DNA from: Promethearchaeota archaeon
Lineage (GTDB): Archaea; Asgardarchaeota; Lokiarchaeia; Sigyniarchaeales; SOKP01
Reading direction: 5' to 3'
DNA: 64,000 nucleotides
Assembly (NCBI GenBank): GCA_048937405.1
Contig: JBHLNF010000001.1
Coordinates: 64,001-128,000, forward strand
Shown here: positions 27,130 to 36,801 of the stretch, piece by piece
Numbering within the stretch: the first letter of the stretch is position 1
How the letters are laid out: every line of letters starts with the position of its first letter
Notes under the pieces: model-generated
What the model saw: the letters and a program-made list of their open reading frames with translations, nothing else
What the model was told of the DNA's origin: nothing
Database searches by the model: none
Made by a program: the position numbers and the translations under genes

Positions 27130-27753
27130 TTATAATTTTTTCAAAAAAGCACTAATTTTTCGACTGAAACTCATATGACCCGCAGTGAGTAAAATCCATA
27201 CCATTATTAGGATAGTTAAAGTCCACTCAATGATAGGTTGAAGCCCCGAAATGAAGAAAATAATAAAGATTGCAAGTATCAAAAATCCCAGATATGCATG
27301 ATATTTTTGAAAATTATGGTTTATGTCTTTAAACATTAAATAACTAAAGAGACTAATATAAATTACAGATCCACCAAAGGCGATGATTGCAGCAAAAATA
27401 TGAATACCTTTAAAGAAAAGAGGATATGTATCATCTGGTCTAACACCAACTAATGCAATACATACACATGTAATAATTGAAATACCTGTTGCAATTTTTC
27501 TATTGATTTCATTTATACCTAATAATGCCTTTTTCTCAAGAAAAATATAAAAAGGAATTATTATCGAGCCACCAATTACAAATCCCATACTAAAAAAAGA
27601 CTTTGCAGATCCATTTCCCAATGAACTTACTGTATTTTTTAGGGGATTATATCCTGGAGTGATACAAGCAGCAAAAATAACCAAAAAACCTGCAAGTATT
27701 ATTCCAAAGAAAGCAAGCAGACATTCCATTTTGTTTTTAAAAAATTCTAACAT
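27130..27753 (-). CDS. DUF998 / Frag1-DRAM-Sfk1-like membrane protein
   Basis: PGYNPLKNTVSSLG, IHIFAAIIAF, IIEW motifs; about 6 TM. Confidence 0.75.
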   Translation of the reverse strand: MLEFFKNKMECLLAFFGIILAGFLVIFAACITPGYNPLKNTVSSLGNGSAKSFFSMGFVIGGSIIIPFYIFLEKKALLGINEINRKIATGISIITCVCIALVGVRPDDTYPLFFKGIHIFAAIIAFGGSVIYISLFSYLMFKDINHNFQKYHAYLGFLILAIFIIFFISGLQPIIEWTLTILIMVWILLTAGHMSFSRKISAFLKKL

Positions 27754-27861
27754 TTTTTATCAATTTTTTTTAAAAAAATTCAAGATTCACAACTTTAACT
27801 TGTTAGTATTATTTAAAATTTATCTTTTTTTTAATTTTGAAAAAACAATGTAAATTTAAAA

Positions 27862-27980
27862 CTTCTTTAACTATTCTATAAAGATCTTAGGATGATAACC
27901 ATATAATAAAGCAAAGTATAACGCCTATTCATTGATTTCTATCATTTCTGAAACATCTCCTTCATTTTTTATATTAAAAA
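27862..27980 (-). pseudogene. Inverted remnant of the 3' end of the 6452..7162 Zn-finger gene
   Basis: Minus strand reads FNIKNEGDVSEMIEINE*ALYFALLYGYHPKIFIE*LKK versus FNLKNEEDFSEMIEINEKALHFALLYGYHPKLFIEELKK at 7038-7156; ungapped 119 bp. Confidence 0.9.
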
Positions 27981-28127
27981 AGTCTATCAATAGAGTCGAT
28001 ATCAATGGAAATAAAATAACATTTTTCTAAAAAACTTATCATGAATTAACTTTTAGACCTAAGAAAACATTTAAATACCTTATTCCTTTATGTAATTTAG
28101 TTTTAACTATCTAAAAATGAAATCTAA

Positions 28128-29291
28128 ATGAGAAAAATAGTATTTTCCTTAATGATTATTAGTTTAATTTTTTCCTCTACATGGTTTATGTTATCTATGA
28201 GTTATGTTAAGAGCAGTACACGTAGTAAATTAATTTTTATTTCCGATCCTATTGATCCCCCTATTGAAATATCTAGTGATAATGACTTTCTATTATATAA
28301 TTTTCCTGGATTAGGAACAGAAGAAGATCCTTATCGATTAGAGAATCTAAATATAATCACGTCACATAGTTATGGAATTATAGTGCAGAATATTACTAAA
28401 TGCATCTTAATACAAAATAATAAAATTACTACTTCATATAGATGTATTGGAATTTTCCATACTAGTCCAGGTACAGTAATTATTGCTAACAATACTTGTA
28501 TTGGACCAGAATTTGAATTATATCAGTTGGGAATATTTGTAGGTGATTCTCCTTATATAAAAATATTAAATAATACTTGTAGCAATTTCTATAACGGAAT
28601 TGACATTAACGATTCTCCACATTCTCTTATTGAAAACAACGTGTTTTCGAAAAATCATGCTGGTATAAGAATTGAAAATAGAGTACACTATTCAAAAATA
28701 ATTAGCAATCTTATTGTAAATAATTTAGATGGAATGTATATAACTAATTCAAGGGAAATATTATTTGAAAACAACATAGTACGAAATAATGTTGTTGGAC
28801 TTCTTTTAGATAGTACAAATGATGAATATCCCTCTCAAAATTGTGTTATTAGAAATAATTTATTTGAAAACAATACTTCTTTTGCTCTAGTATTTTCAGG
28901 ATTTATGGGACAAGATTTTACTCATGAAAACCTTGTATATCATAACTCTTTCGTAAATAACAATCCAAAAGGAGATTCTCAAGCTAAAGATGGTGGAAAT
29001 AACAATAGATGGTATAATGAAAGTTTAAAAGAAGGAAATTATTGGTCAGATTGGGGAGGGCTTTTACCATATGACATTGATGGTTCTACGAATGCAATAG
29101 ATATGTATCCTTTAGAAACTCCTCTACATTCAACTTTGACAAAGATACCTATTTTTTTTATTGGAAGAATTATCTTGGTGTTATTAGGTATGGGGATAGA
29201 AGCTATTTTAGTCATTTGTATATTGATATTTGAAAGATTCAAAAAAAAAAGACGTAATTTAATAGAAAGTATTAATCCTAATAGAGCTTAA
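28128..29291 (+). CDS. NosD/CASH right-handed beta-helix surface protein
   Basis: Signal peptide, GLGTEEDPYRLEN, PbH1 repeats (I.NN....N..GI), GNYWSDW, DMYPL, C-terminal TM. Confidence 0.85.
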   Translation: MRKIVFSLMIISLIFSSTWFMLSMSYVKSSTRSKLIFISDPIDPPIEISSDNDFLLYNFPGLGTEEDPYRLENLNIITSHSYGIIVQNITKCILIQNNKITTSYRCIGIFHTSPGTVIIANNTCIGPEFELYQLGIFVGDSPYIKILNNTCSNFYNGIDINDSPHSLIENNVFSKNHAGIRIENRVHYSKIISNLIVNNLDGMYITNSREILFENNIVRNNVVGLLLDSTNDEYPSQNCVIRNNLFENNTSFALVFSGFMGQDFTHENLVYHNSFVNNNPKGDSQAKDGGNNNRWYNESLKEGNYWSDWGGLLPYDIDGSTNAIDMYPLETPLHSTLTKIPIFFIGRIILVLLGMGIEAILVICILIFERFKKKRRNLIESINPNRA

Positions 29292-29300
29292 AATCCTGCC

Positions 29301-30500
29301 TTAATTTTCAAATTGTAGTGATCCATACACAGAATCATGACCCGGCATAAACCAGAACTTTCTTTTCCTTATTTTATCAATAGCTACAATTAAATTCTCA
29401 TCTATATTATCAAAATTACTCTTTCCTTCCCATATAGCATATTCACCACCATTCTCTACCACTAATTTTTTATACACAGATAGATTATCTCTATCATATT
29501 CAGTTCCACCCAAGACAATAGAAATAAGATGTAATAAAGGAACTATATACTGAAAGTTTAATTTAAATGGATTTAATTGATCATTTAATTCTTGTACTCT
29601 AGATAAAACTCCTTTTGTTAACTTTTTCTTACAATAAGGACATATATCAATATTTAGTTTTGGACTACAAAAATAATCCTCTTTATCATTATGGCGTTCT
29701 GGGCGATGCCCATTATAGTAGTACTTACCCTGCGAGGGTTTTAGCTCATAAGTTTTAATAATACTATTTCGTCTTATTGAATCAACTAAATTTTGGTAGT
29801 TAAGTCTATTAAATCTAAGTAATGTAGCTTCCCTCCCTAACCTATGAAAATTAGTAGAATGACTATCTGAGTTTGATATAACAGATACTTTATTTAGTTC
29901 GGAAATTCCTCTAACCATTAAGGGATCTGAACTTAATCCAGTTTCAATTGAATTAATGTAGTTCATACCAACCCCAAAAGCTTCTTTTACAGAGTTGAAA
30001 TGTGTTTTTTCTCCAAAAACGCCATAATATGGTGTGAAGATATGTGCAGGTATTATTTCTATGTTATTATCTATCGATTTTAAACCAATAATTAATTTTT
30101 CAGCAGAAATGTAAATTTTGGGTCTTCCTTCCCTATCCAAATTTCCAAATTTTGACAAATAAATAATAGATTCTCTTAGTTTTTCAAAGTTTGGAAATAG
30201 AAGAATAAAGTGAACCTTTTTAACACTTGAACTATTGTTCCAAATTGCTTCAATTTCTGATTGTAAGATAAAGAAAACATCTGGTACTTTTGGAGTAAAA
30301 AATATTCCATCCGAGTATTCAATTAAATTATTATTTAATTCTTTTCTCCATAATGGATGAAGACAATCACCTGTTCCAACAATATTTATTCCTTTAAGCT
30401 TACAATTACTAGCTATTTTAAAAATATCAATATATTTACTTGCTCCACCTGAATACTTACTATGGATGTGTAAATCACAAATTTTAATCATTTCATTCAA
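29301..30500 (-). CDS. endoQ: Endonuclease Q family (PHP domain plus Zn finger)
   Basis: DLHIHSKYS, GTGDCLHP, IPAHIFTP, ETGLSSDP, SNSDSHS, LGREAT, GKYYYNGH, CPYC..LTKGV..RV. Confidence 0.9.
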   Translation of the reverse strand: MNEMIKICDLHIHSKYSGGASKYIDIFKIASNCKLKGINIVGTGDCLHPLWRKELNNNLIEYSDGIFFTPKVPDVFFILQSEIEAIWNNSSSVKKVHFILLFPNFEKLRESIIYLSKFGNLDREGRPKIYISAEKLIIGLKSIDNNIEIIPAHIFTPYYGVFGEKTHFNSVKEAFGVGMNYINSIETGLSSDPLMVRGISELNKVSVISNSDSHSTNFHRLGREATLLRFNRLNYQNLVDSIRRNSIIKTYELKPSQGKYYYNGHRPERHNDKEDYFCSPKLNIDICPYCKKKLTKGVLSRVQELNDQLNPFKLNFQYIVPLLHLISIVLGGTEYDRDNLSVYKKLVVENGGEYAIWEGKSNFDNIDENLIVAIDKIRKRKFWFMPGHDSVYGSLQFEN

Positions 30501-30758
30501 AATTTTTCATTAAGAGCTAAAATTGTATTCTAATTTATTTATTTAAATTCATAAATAATGATCAACTCAGTAGTAAATACAAATTTAAGACTAAAACAAG
30601 ATAATATTCTTTCGATTTGTGAATTTGAATAATTTTATGAAGATAAGAATAGATTTTCATCATAATTTTACCTAAATAATAGATTTTATCTCTTTAGAAA
30701 TTAAAAAATAAAAAAAAAAATAATTGATTATGATTTTTATTCTATACGTTATTAATCA

Positions 30759-33700
30759 TTAGAGATCAAATTCTTTACGACGTTTTTTTAGAAATATTAA
30801 ACCAGGAGTAATTACAAGTATTATAATTCCTATAAAACTCCCAATTGCAAAGGGCATCCAAGAATTAGGTTCTGTTCTGCTTGGAGGATCAATGTGGAAT
30901 TGAATCATATCCTCTTTTACAGAGTAATAATGATTATCACTATTAAAATCGACGAACCCATAAACTAAATAAATTCCCTTTGTTAATATAAATTGTAATT
31001 GCTCAATGGTCCATTCAGCTACATAGCGATATACACCAAGGCCCATATGTTCCATCTCCAAGGTAGATAAAATGTCTCCATCTGGATTAACCAAATAAAT
31101 TTTAACTATTAAAGGTATTTCAACAGTAGGGATAATTGGATTTCCAGTTTCAACATCTATAAGATAAGCTGCAATTGAAAGCTTAATTGATTCTGCCTCG
31201 AGATAATCAAATTCACCACTAAGTTTTAATTCTAACCGACGATATACTGTTATATTAAAAAATTTTTCAGCGAAATTCCCTTGTTCATCATAGAAAATTA
31301 ATTTGAGATGATGTTCACCACGATCAAGCATGTTAGTGGTCAGTACAACAATGTCAGTCCTATAAAGATCATTTGAATCTTGAGGATAATGAGTTATACT
31401 CAGAGCAAAACCTTCATCTGGTTGTGCATTATATGGAGGATCAATATTAACAAGTTGGACATCAGTAATTGGAGAAGAATCATAGATTTTTATACTTCCG
31501 ATTATCTGTGGATTCTGAGTGTAATAAATATCTAATTCGTCAGGAATAGTATCATCACCAGGATACCATGATGGGGGATTAACATCTAATCCACTTGGGT
31601 ATAGACTATAGAACCACTTCTTACTCATAGGATTCCATTGATATCCAGTGAATCTACTATTATACACATCGTGATCATATCTTACAAAGAGAGAGGAATA
31701 GGGCATTAAATCTTCAACTAAATATCTTTGAATTTCGTCATAAATAGCTTTTCTTGCTGAAGGATTAATTTCTTCTAATCCTTGAGCCATAAGATTTTGA
31801 AGATAAGGATCATTTACATTAGCAAAATTAGCTATTGAGATATTAAAGCATAAAGAATTAACGAAATTACTAGGATCATTAAAATCAGGTAACCAACCTC
31901 CAAGGAAAAGTTGTACATCATTAGATTCTCCAATAAAACGTCTGAATGCGTGATTAACAATCCATTCCCAGCTAGTACCCCCATCTATGATTTCAATTCC
32001 AATTCTATCAAGACATTCACATAATAAGGGATATAAAGCAGAACGATGCAAATTTTCTACGTTATACGAATAATTAAATGTTGCAAATAATGCATTTGAC
32101 CATAATTCTTCATCAACGCCTGGAAAATCAGTATCCCATCCTACACCAAAACCCATACTTTGCATAATCTCTCTTGCTCTAGTAATATTAAAGGTAGCAT
32201 AGTTATTTGACCAGTTTGCATATAAGATTCCTTGAGGAATAAGTGATTTTGCTCTTATAGCATTTCCCTCCCATATTTCATCGATAATGTATGAATAATT
32301 AATCACATATGATATTGCTTGTCTAAAAGTTTTATTAATCTGTTGATTATTCATACTAAGAAACCACGACTCTGCAGCTGGACCTCCAACTACGGTAAAA
32401 TTGGGATCTATTTCGAATGTATCAAGCATTGATGTTATTGGGTCATCTAAAAAGTCAATTATCCCTAAGATTAAAGCATTATTTCTTAGATCTCTATCTG
32501 ATATGATCAGGAACCATAGATCTTCGATTCCTGCTGGACCTTGCCAGTAATTCTCATATGAATAGAATTTTACACCAATACTTTCTTGATATTCATCAAA
32601 AACAAAAGGACCAGTCCCAATTAAATCTCCTGTATTTGTATCTATGTAATTAGCAAAAGGAGTGGATTTTGGTGACAAAATACCAGTTGCCCAAGAAGAT
32701 AAAAGTGCTTCGAGTGCTGCGTATGGTCTGTTTAATACAAATTTAATAGTATATACATCAATTACTTCAGTCCTATTAATTATTGGTACACCGTTATATC
32801 CAGAAAACAACGATTTTAATCTTGTTTCTCTGACTTCTATAGGTAAGGTTCCACTAATATTCATAAAATACGCTATTCGGTCAAAATTCCATTTTACGGA
32901 AGAAGCATTAAAAGCGGTTCCATCATGAAAAGTAATACCTTGTTTAAGTGTAACAGTATAATTTAAGCCATCTGTAGACCAAGTACCTAAATCTGAAGCA
33001 AGTCTAGGTATAATCTCACAATTAGGAGTAGATAAATTATAAGCAAACAAACTTTCTACAGTCTGATCAATTACATCAATTGATACCGAATCCCAACAAT
33101 TATGAGGATCAAGATCGAATATAACAGAGCTCCTACCAACTATAAAAACATCATCGGGTCTTGGATATTTTAAAAGTACCTCCAATTTAGTGTCTTCAAT
33201 GTTGTCTTCGTTATCAGCAGATCTATAGTATAAAGTTGTAACTCCATTATCAGTAATTATTATTGGCTCGATATATTCAAACCAATTAACTTCATCAAAG
33301 CTATATTCTGTATAGGCTACACCTGATTCCTCATCAAAAGCTGTTAGTTGCACTGTAATATCTGATAAATACCACCCATCAAATCCAAGAATGCCACTCA
33401 CGTCAATAGATGTCTCTGGAGGTACATCATCCAGTTCAATTGGATTAATCCCCCATTCTGGAACCATTAATGTTCCAGTTGCCCAAGTATCTGGATAAAT
33501 TATGTTTCCTGTTGGAAGTACCACTTTTGCCTCATCTTCCTGCCATTGACAGAATAGACCAATGCTATAAGCCTGTCCGTATAGTAAATCATGAGAAGAT
33601 GTAAATGCAATATTTCCACTTACACCTGTAAAAGGATTGCTCGCGTTTATTTTCTCTAATTCTGATACTATTGTATCGGGATTAAAAGATTGGGTCTTAC

Positions 33701-34808
33701 TTGTTACATTTGCAAGCAAATAGATAGCATCGTATGATCCTATCCCTGTGTATGCTGGTTCAATTCCATATTCTTCAAAAAAACTATTCCAAAATGGCAT
33801 TGTTAGCGTTGTTTTTGATATATTATAAGTAGATTGCATAACAATTTCATATTGGCAACCACCGTTAGTGTCACTCCAATAAGGATCTAATTGAGCAGGA
33901 ACATCTATACCAACCATAAGACACTTTGGCTTAACAACTCCGTATGTTTGAGCCATAATACCTCCAATGTCTGCCGTAGTTAAAGGAATCACTATTTGAG
34001 CTCCAGCATCGTCGATTTGATTCCAATAATTAGTAAAATCCTCAGTTGTTGCACTTAATGGGAATGCTATGTCTTCCACTATCTCAAAACCAAAAAGTTT
34101 TAAGTATTCTCTTAATACATCAACCATCCCACTAGTCCATTCTTTATCTTCATACAAAAGAGCGGATTTATTAATATCTTTACCGAGTGTTGCAGTTAAA
34201 TAATTATCTAGATAGTATAAATAGGTCAAAAATTCACGCGCAATCGAACTTGCGTTGAGTGGCATTACACGGAAAAAATATTTATATCTCATATAATCAT
34301 CCAAGACGTTTTGGGTTAAATTTTCAGAAGTACATCCAGTACCAATGAAAGGGATATTTGCATCCATTACAGGTTCAATGTATTCCTTCAATGCGTTCAT
34401 GTTGTATCCTCCTATGATATAATGAGGATTATTTTTAAGAATCATGTCATTAACAGCATTGAGAGCTTTAGATATATCAAAGTCAGACTCGGCTTCATGA
34501 GTATTATTTGCAACAAGTCCAATATAATACTGTGTACTATCTATATTAATACCACCCGCTTCATTTATCTCTCTTACTGCTAATTCTGCTCCCTTCCAAG
34601 CGTGTTCACCGCTAATATGGTTCATATCATCTAAAATCCCTACTTTTATTAATTGTTCTATGGTTATATCCCCTGGAGCACCAGGGGCTATGTAAGGATC
34701 TATCATTGATTCATCAGCACTAACGAAAAAAGTAAAAGGCATCAGAAAAGAACTAAGTATGAGTAGTGAAAGAAATAAATAACTTTCTAATTTAGATTTT
34801 TTTATCAT
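30759..34808 (-). CDS. Fused ABC solute-binding protein: LivK-like, Ig-like, DppA/OppA (family 5), C-terminal domain and TM anchor
   Basis: GAELAVREINEAGGI, YFFRV, YDAIYLLA, FTGVSGNIAF (type I PBP); PPETSI..GWYLSD..DEESGV..YYRSADN; LDPHN, LKQGITFHDGTAFNASSVKWNFDR, GTGPF, RQAISY, GWLPDFNDP (family 5). Confidence 0.9.
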   Translation of the reverse strand: MIKKSKLESYLFLSLLILSSFLMPFTFFVSADESMIDPYIAPGAPGDITIEQLIKVGILDDMNHISGEHAWKGAELAVREINEAGGINIDSTQYYIGLVANNTHEAESDFDISKALNAVNDMILKNNPHYIIGGYNMNALKEYIEPVMDANIPFIGTGCTSENLTQNVLDDYMRYKYFFRVMPLNASSIAREFLTYLYYLDNYLTATLGKDINKSALLYEDKEWTSGMVDVLREYLKLFGFEIVEDIAFPLSATTEDFTNYWNQIDDAGAQIVIPLTTADIGGIMAQTYGVVKPKCLMVGIDVPAQLDPYWSDTNGGCQYEIVMQSTYNISKTTLTMPFWNSFFEEYGIEPAYTGIGSYDAIYLLANVTSKTQSFNPDTIVSELEKINASNPFTGVSGNIAFTSSHDLLYGQAYSIGLFCQWQEDEAKVVLPTGNIIYPDTWATGTLMVPEWGINPIELDDVPPETSIDVSGILGFDGWYLSDITVQLTAFDEESGVAYTEYSFDEVNWFEYIEPIIITDNGVTTLYYRSADNEDNIEDTKLEVLLKYPRPDDVFIVGRSSVIFDLDPHNCWDSVSIDVIDQTVESLFAYNLSTPNCEIIPRLASDLGTWSTDGLNYTVTLKQGITFHDGTAFNASSVKWNFDRIAYFMNISGTLPIEVRETRLKSLFSGYNGVPIINRTEVIDVYTIKFVLNRPYAALEALLSSWATGILSPKSTPFANYIDTNTGDLIGTGPFVFDEYQESIGVKFYSYENYWQGPAGIEDLWFLIISDRDLRNNALILGIIDFLDDPITSMLDTFEIDPNFTVVGGPAAESWFLSMNNQQINKTFRQAISYVINYSYIIDEIWEGNAIRAKSLIPQGILYANWSNNYATFNITRAREIMQSMGFGVGWDTDFPGVDEELWSNALFATFNYSYNVENLHRSALYPLLCECLDRIGIEIIDGGTSWEWIVNHAFRRFIGESNDVQLFLGGWLPDFNDPSNFVNSLCFNISIANFANVNDPYLQNLMAQGLEEINPSARKAIYDEIQRYLVEDLMPYSSLFVRYDHDVYNSRFTGYQWNPMSKKWFYSLYPSGLDVNPPSWYPGDDTIPDELDIYYTQNPQIIGSIKIYDSSPITDVQLVNIDPPYNAQPDEGFALSITHYPQDSNDLYRTDIVVLTTNMLDRGEHHLKLIFYDEQGNFAEKFFNITVYRRLELKLSGEFDYLEAESIKLSIAAYLIDVETGNPIIPTVEIPLIVKIYLVNPDGDILSTLEMEHMGLGVYRYVAEWTIEQLQFILTKGIYLVYGFVDFNSDNHYYSVKEDMIQFHIDPPSRTEPNSWMPFAIGSFIGIIILVITPGLIFLKKRRKEFDL

Positions 34809-35245
34809 TTTATTTCACCCATTTCTGTAAAAAAAATACAGAATTGTATAATACAAAATTAAACATTTATTTAAAAATCTTTCTCTAAGTTATTAATAAA
34901 ATTATATCAAACTCTTTAAAAGAAAATTAGGATTATTATATTTTAAGAGCAGTTGGATTCAGTTTTTCTTATTGATTTCGTTGTAATAATCCTTCTATTA
35001 ATATGTGAAATTAGAGATTAGACTTTTTGAAAAATAAAGAGAATAAATCCATAAATTATATTCAAATTCATACTAAATATAAGTTTAAGATCTATTTAAC
35101 CCAAAATTCTTTCAATTTGTCAATTTGAGTAAATATATCTAAAAGTATAATTTTATTTTTATCATAATTTTTTTTATTGAAGCACAAATTTATTTAGATA
35201 GAATTTGTAAGTTTATTGATAATTAGCAAATGAAATTGTTATAGT

Positions 35246-36526
35246 ATGAAGAAAAATAATTTTCAACATCCTTCAAAAGATATTGTTGAAAGTAAAGGAA
35301 CAATTCTTAGGGGAAAAACAATTTGTATGTGCCTAACAGGTTCAGTAGCAGTAAGTATTTCGCCTATCGTAGCCCGAGAACTCATGAGATTAGGAGCCGA
35401 AGTTATTTGTGTAATGTCAAGATCAGCAACAGAATTGATTAAACCTACCTTAATGGAATGGGCAACAGGAAACAAAGTTATTACTAATTTAACAGGAGCT
35501 GTCGAACATGTTTTTCTCGCAGGAGATAGATCTCATGGCGCTGGAAAAGCGGATTTAATATTAATATGCCCATCTACAGCAAATACAATTTCAAAAATAG
35601 CATGTGGAATTGATGATACTCCAGTTACAACGGTGGTTTCCACAGCATTTGGAACATCTATACCGATAGTTATCGTACCAGCTATGCATGAAAGTATGTA
35701 TAGACATCCAATCTTAGAGCAAAATGAACGTAAATTACGGGAATGTGGAGTTGATATCTTAGGTCCTAGAATTTCGGAAGGAAAGGCAAAAGTTGCTAGA
35801 GTTGATGATATTATTGATAGGGTCATCGATTTATTAATTACCAAGAAAGATTTTGAGGGAAAGAAAGTTCTTATAACAGCAGGTCCAACAAGGGAAGCTA
35901 TAGATTCAGTTCGATTTGTTTCAAACAAATCATCAGGAAGAATGGGGATAGAGTTAGCTAAAGAAGCTTCTGCTAGAGGAGCAGAAGTTATGTTAATTGC
36001 AGGAGAATGTATAGCAAAACTTCCAGATTATATTAACACCAAACATGTAGTTTCAACAGATGATTTTATAAGAGCAGTTAAAGATGAAATTTCATTGAAT
36101 AATTATGATATTTTCATATCTGCGGCAGCGGTGAGTGATTATAAACCCACAGCATGTATTGAAGGCAAAATATCTTCTGACAATATTGAAGAATTACGTA
36201 TCGATATGAAATTAACTCCAAAAATAATAAACGTGGCAAGAAAAAAAGATTTAAATTTATTTATTGTTGGATTTAAAGCCGAATCAAACGTATCTAAAAG
36301 TGAGTTAATAGAACGAGCATATAATCGGCTTGTTAAATCTGATGCAGATTTATTTGTAGCAAATGATATTGGTAGAGAAGATATAGGATTCACCAGTAAA
36401 TACAATGAAGTATTTATTATAGATAAAAAAAAACATATTACTCACGTTGAGAGAAATACTAAGCGATATATCGCTTCTAAAATTCTTGATACTACTTTAG
36501 AGGTTTTTAAAAAAAAAGAAAAGTAG
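35246..36526 (+). CDS. coaBC: Bifunctional phosphopantothenoylcysteine decarboxylase/ligase
   Basis: TGSVA, PSTANTISKIACGIDD, PAMHESMY, TAGPTREAIDSVRFVSNKSSGRMG, AAAVSDY, VGFKAE. Confidence 0.96.
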   Translation: MKKNNFQHPSKDIVESKGTILRGKTICMCLTGSVAVSISPIVARELMRLGAEVICVMSRSATELIKPTLMEWATGNKVITNLTGAVEHVFLAGDRSHGAGKADLILICPSTANTISKIACGIDDTPVTTVVSTAFGTSIPIVIVPAMHESMYRHPILEQNERKLRECGVDILGPRISEGKAKVARVDDIIDRVIDLLITKKDFEGKKVLITAGPTREAIDSVRFVSNKSSGRMGIELAKEASARGAEVMLIAGECIAKLPDYINTKHVVSTDDFIRAVKDEISLNNYDIFISAAAVSDYKPTACIEGKISSDNIEELRIDMKLTPKIINVARKKDLNLFIVGFKAESNVSKSELIERAYNRLVKSDADLFVANDIGREDIGFTSKYNEVFIIDKKKHITHVERNTKRYIASKILDTTLEVFKKKEK

Positions 36527-36801
36527 AACATTTTTTTCTACTATAGTTTTAAAAGCTATATTAAGAATATTCCTTTCTTTTATAAGATTAAGAACCCAAT
36601 CATAATATTTAAATAGTAATTTAATTACTCTAAAAAGTGAAGGAACTAATAATATTCATGCTTATAATATTATAAGACAAAGAAAAATGAGTATTGACAT
36701 CATATAAAATTATATTGTAGAAAGAATTTCGAAAATAACAGTAATGTATACTGTTAATTTTGGAAGTAAGTTTAATAAAATGAAAAAAAAGTGTATTACA
36801 A

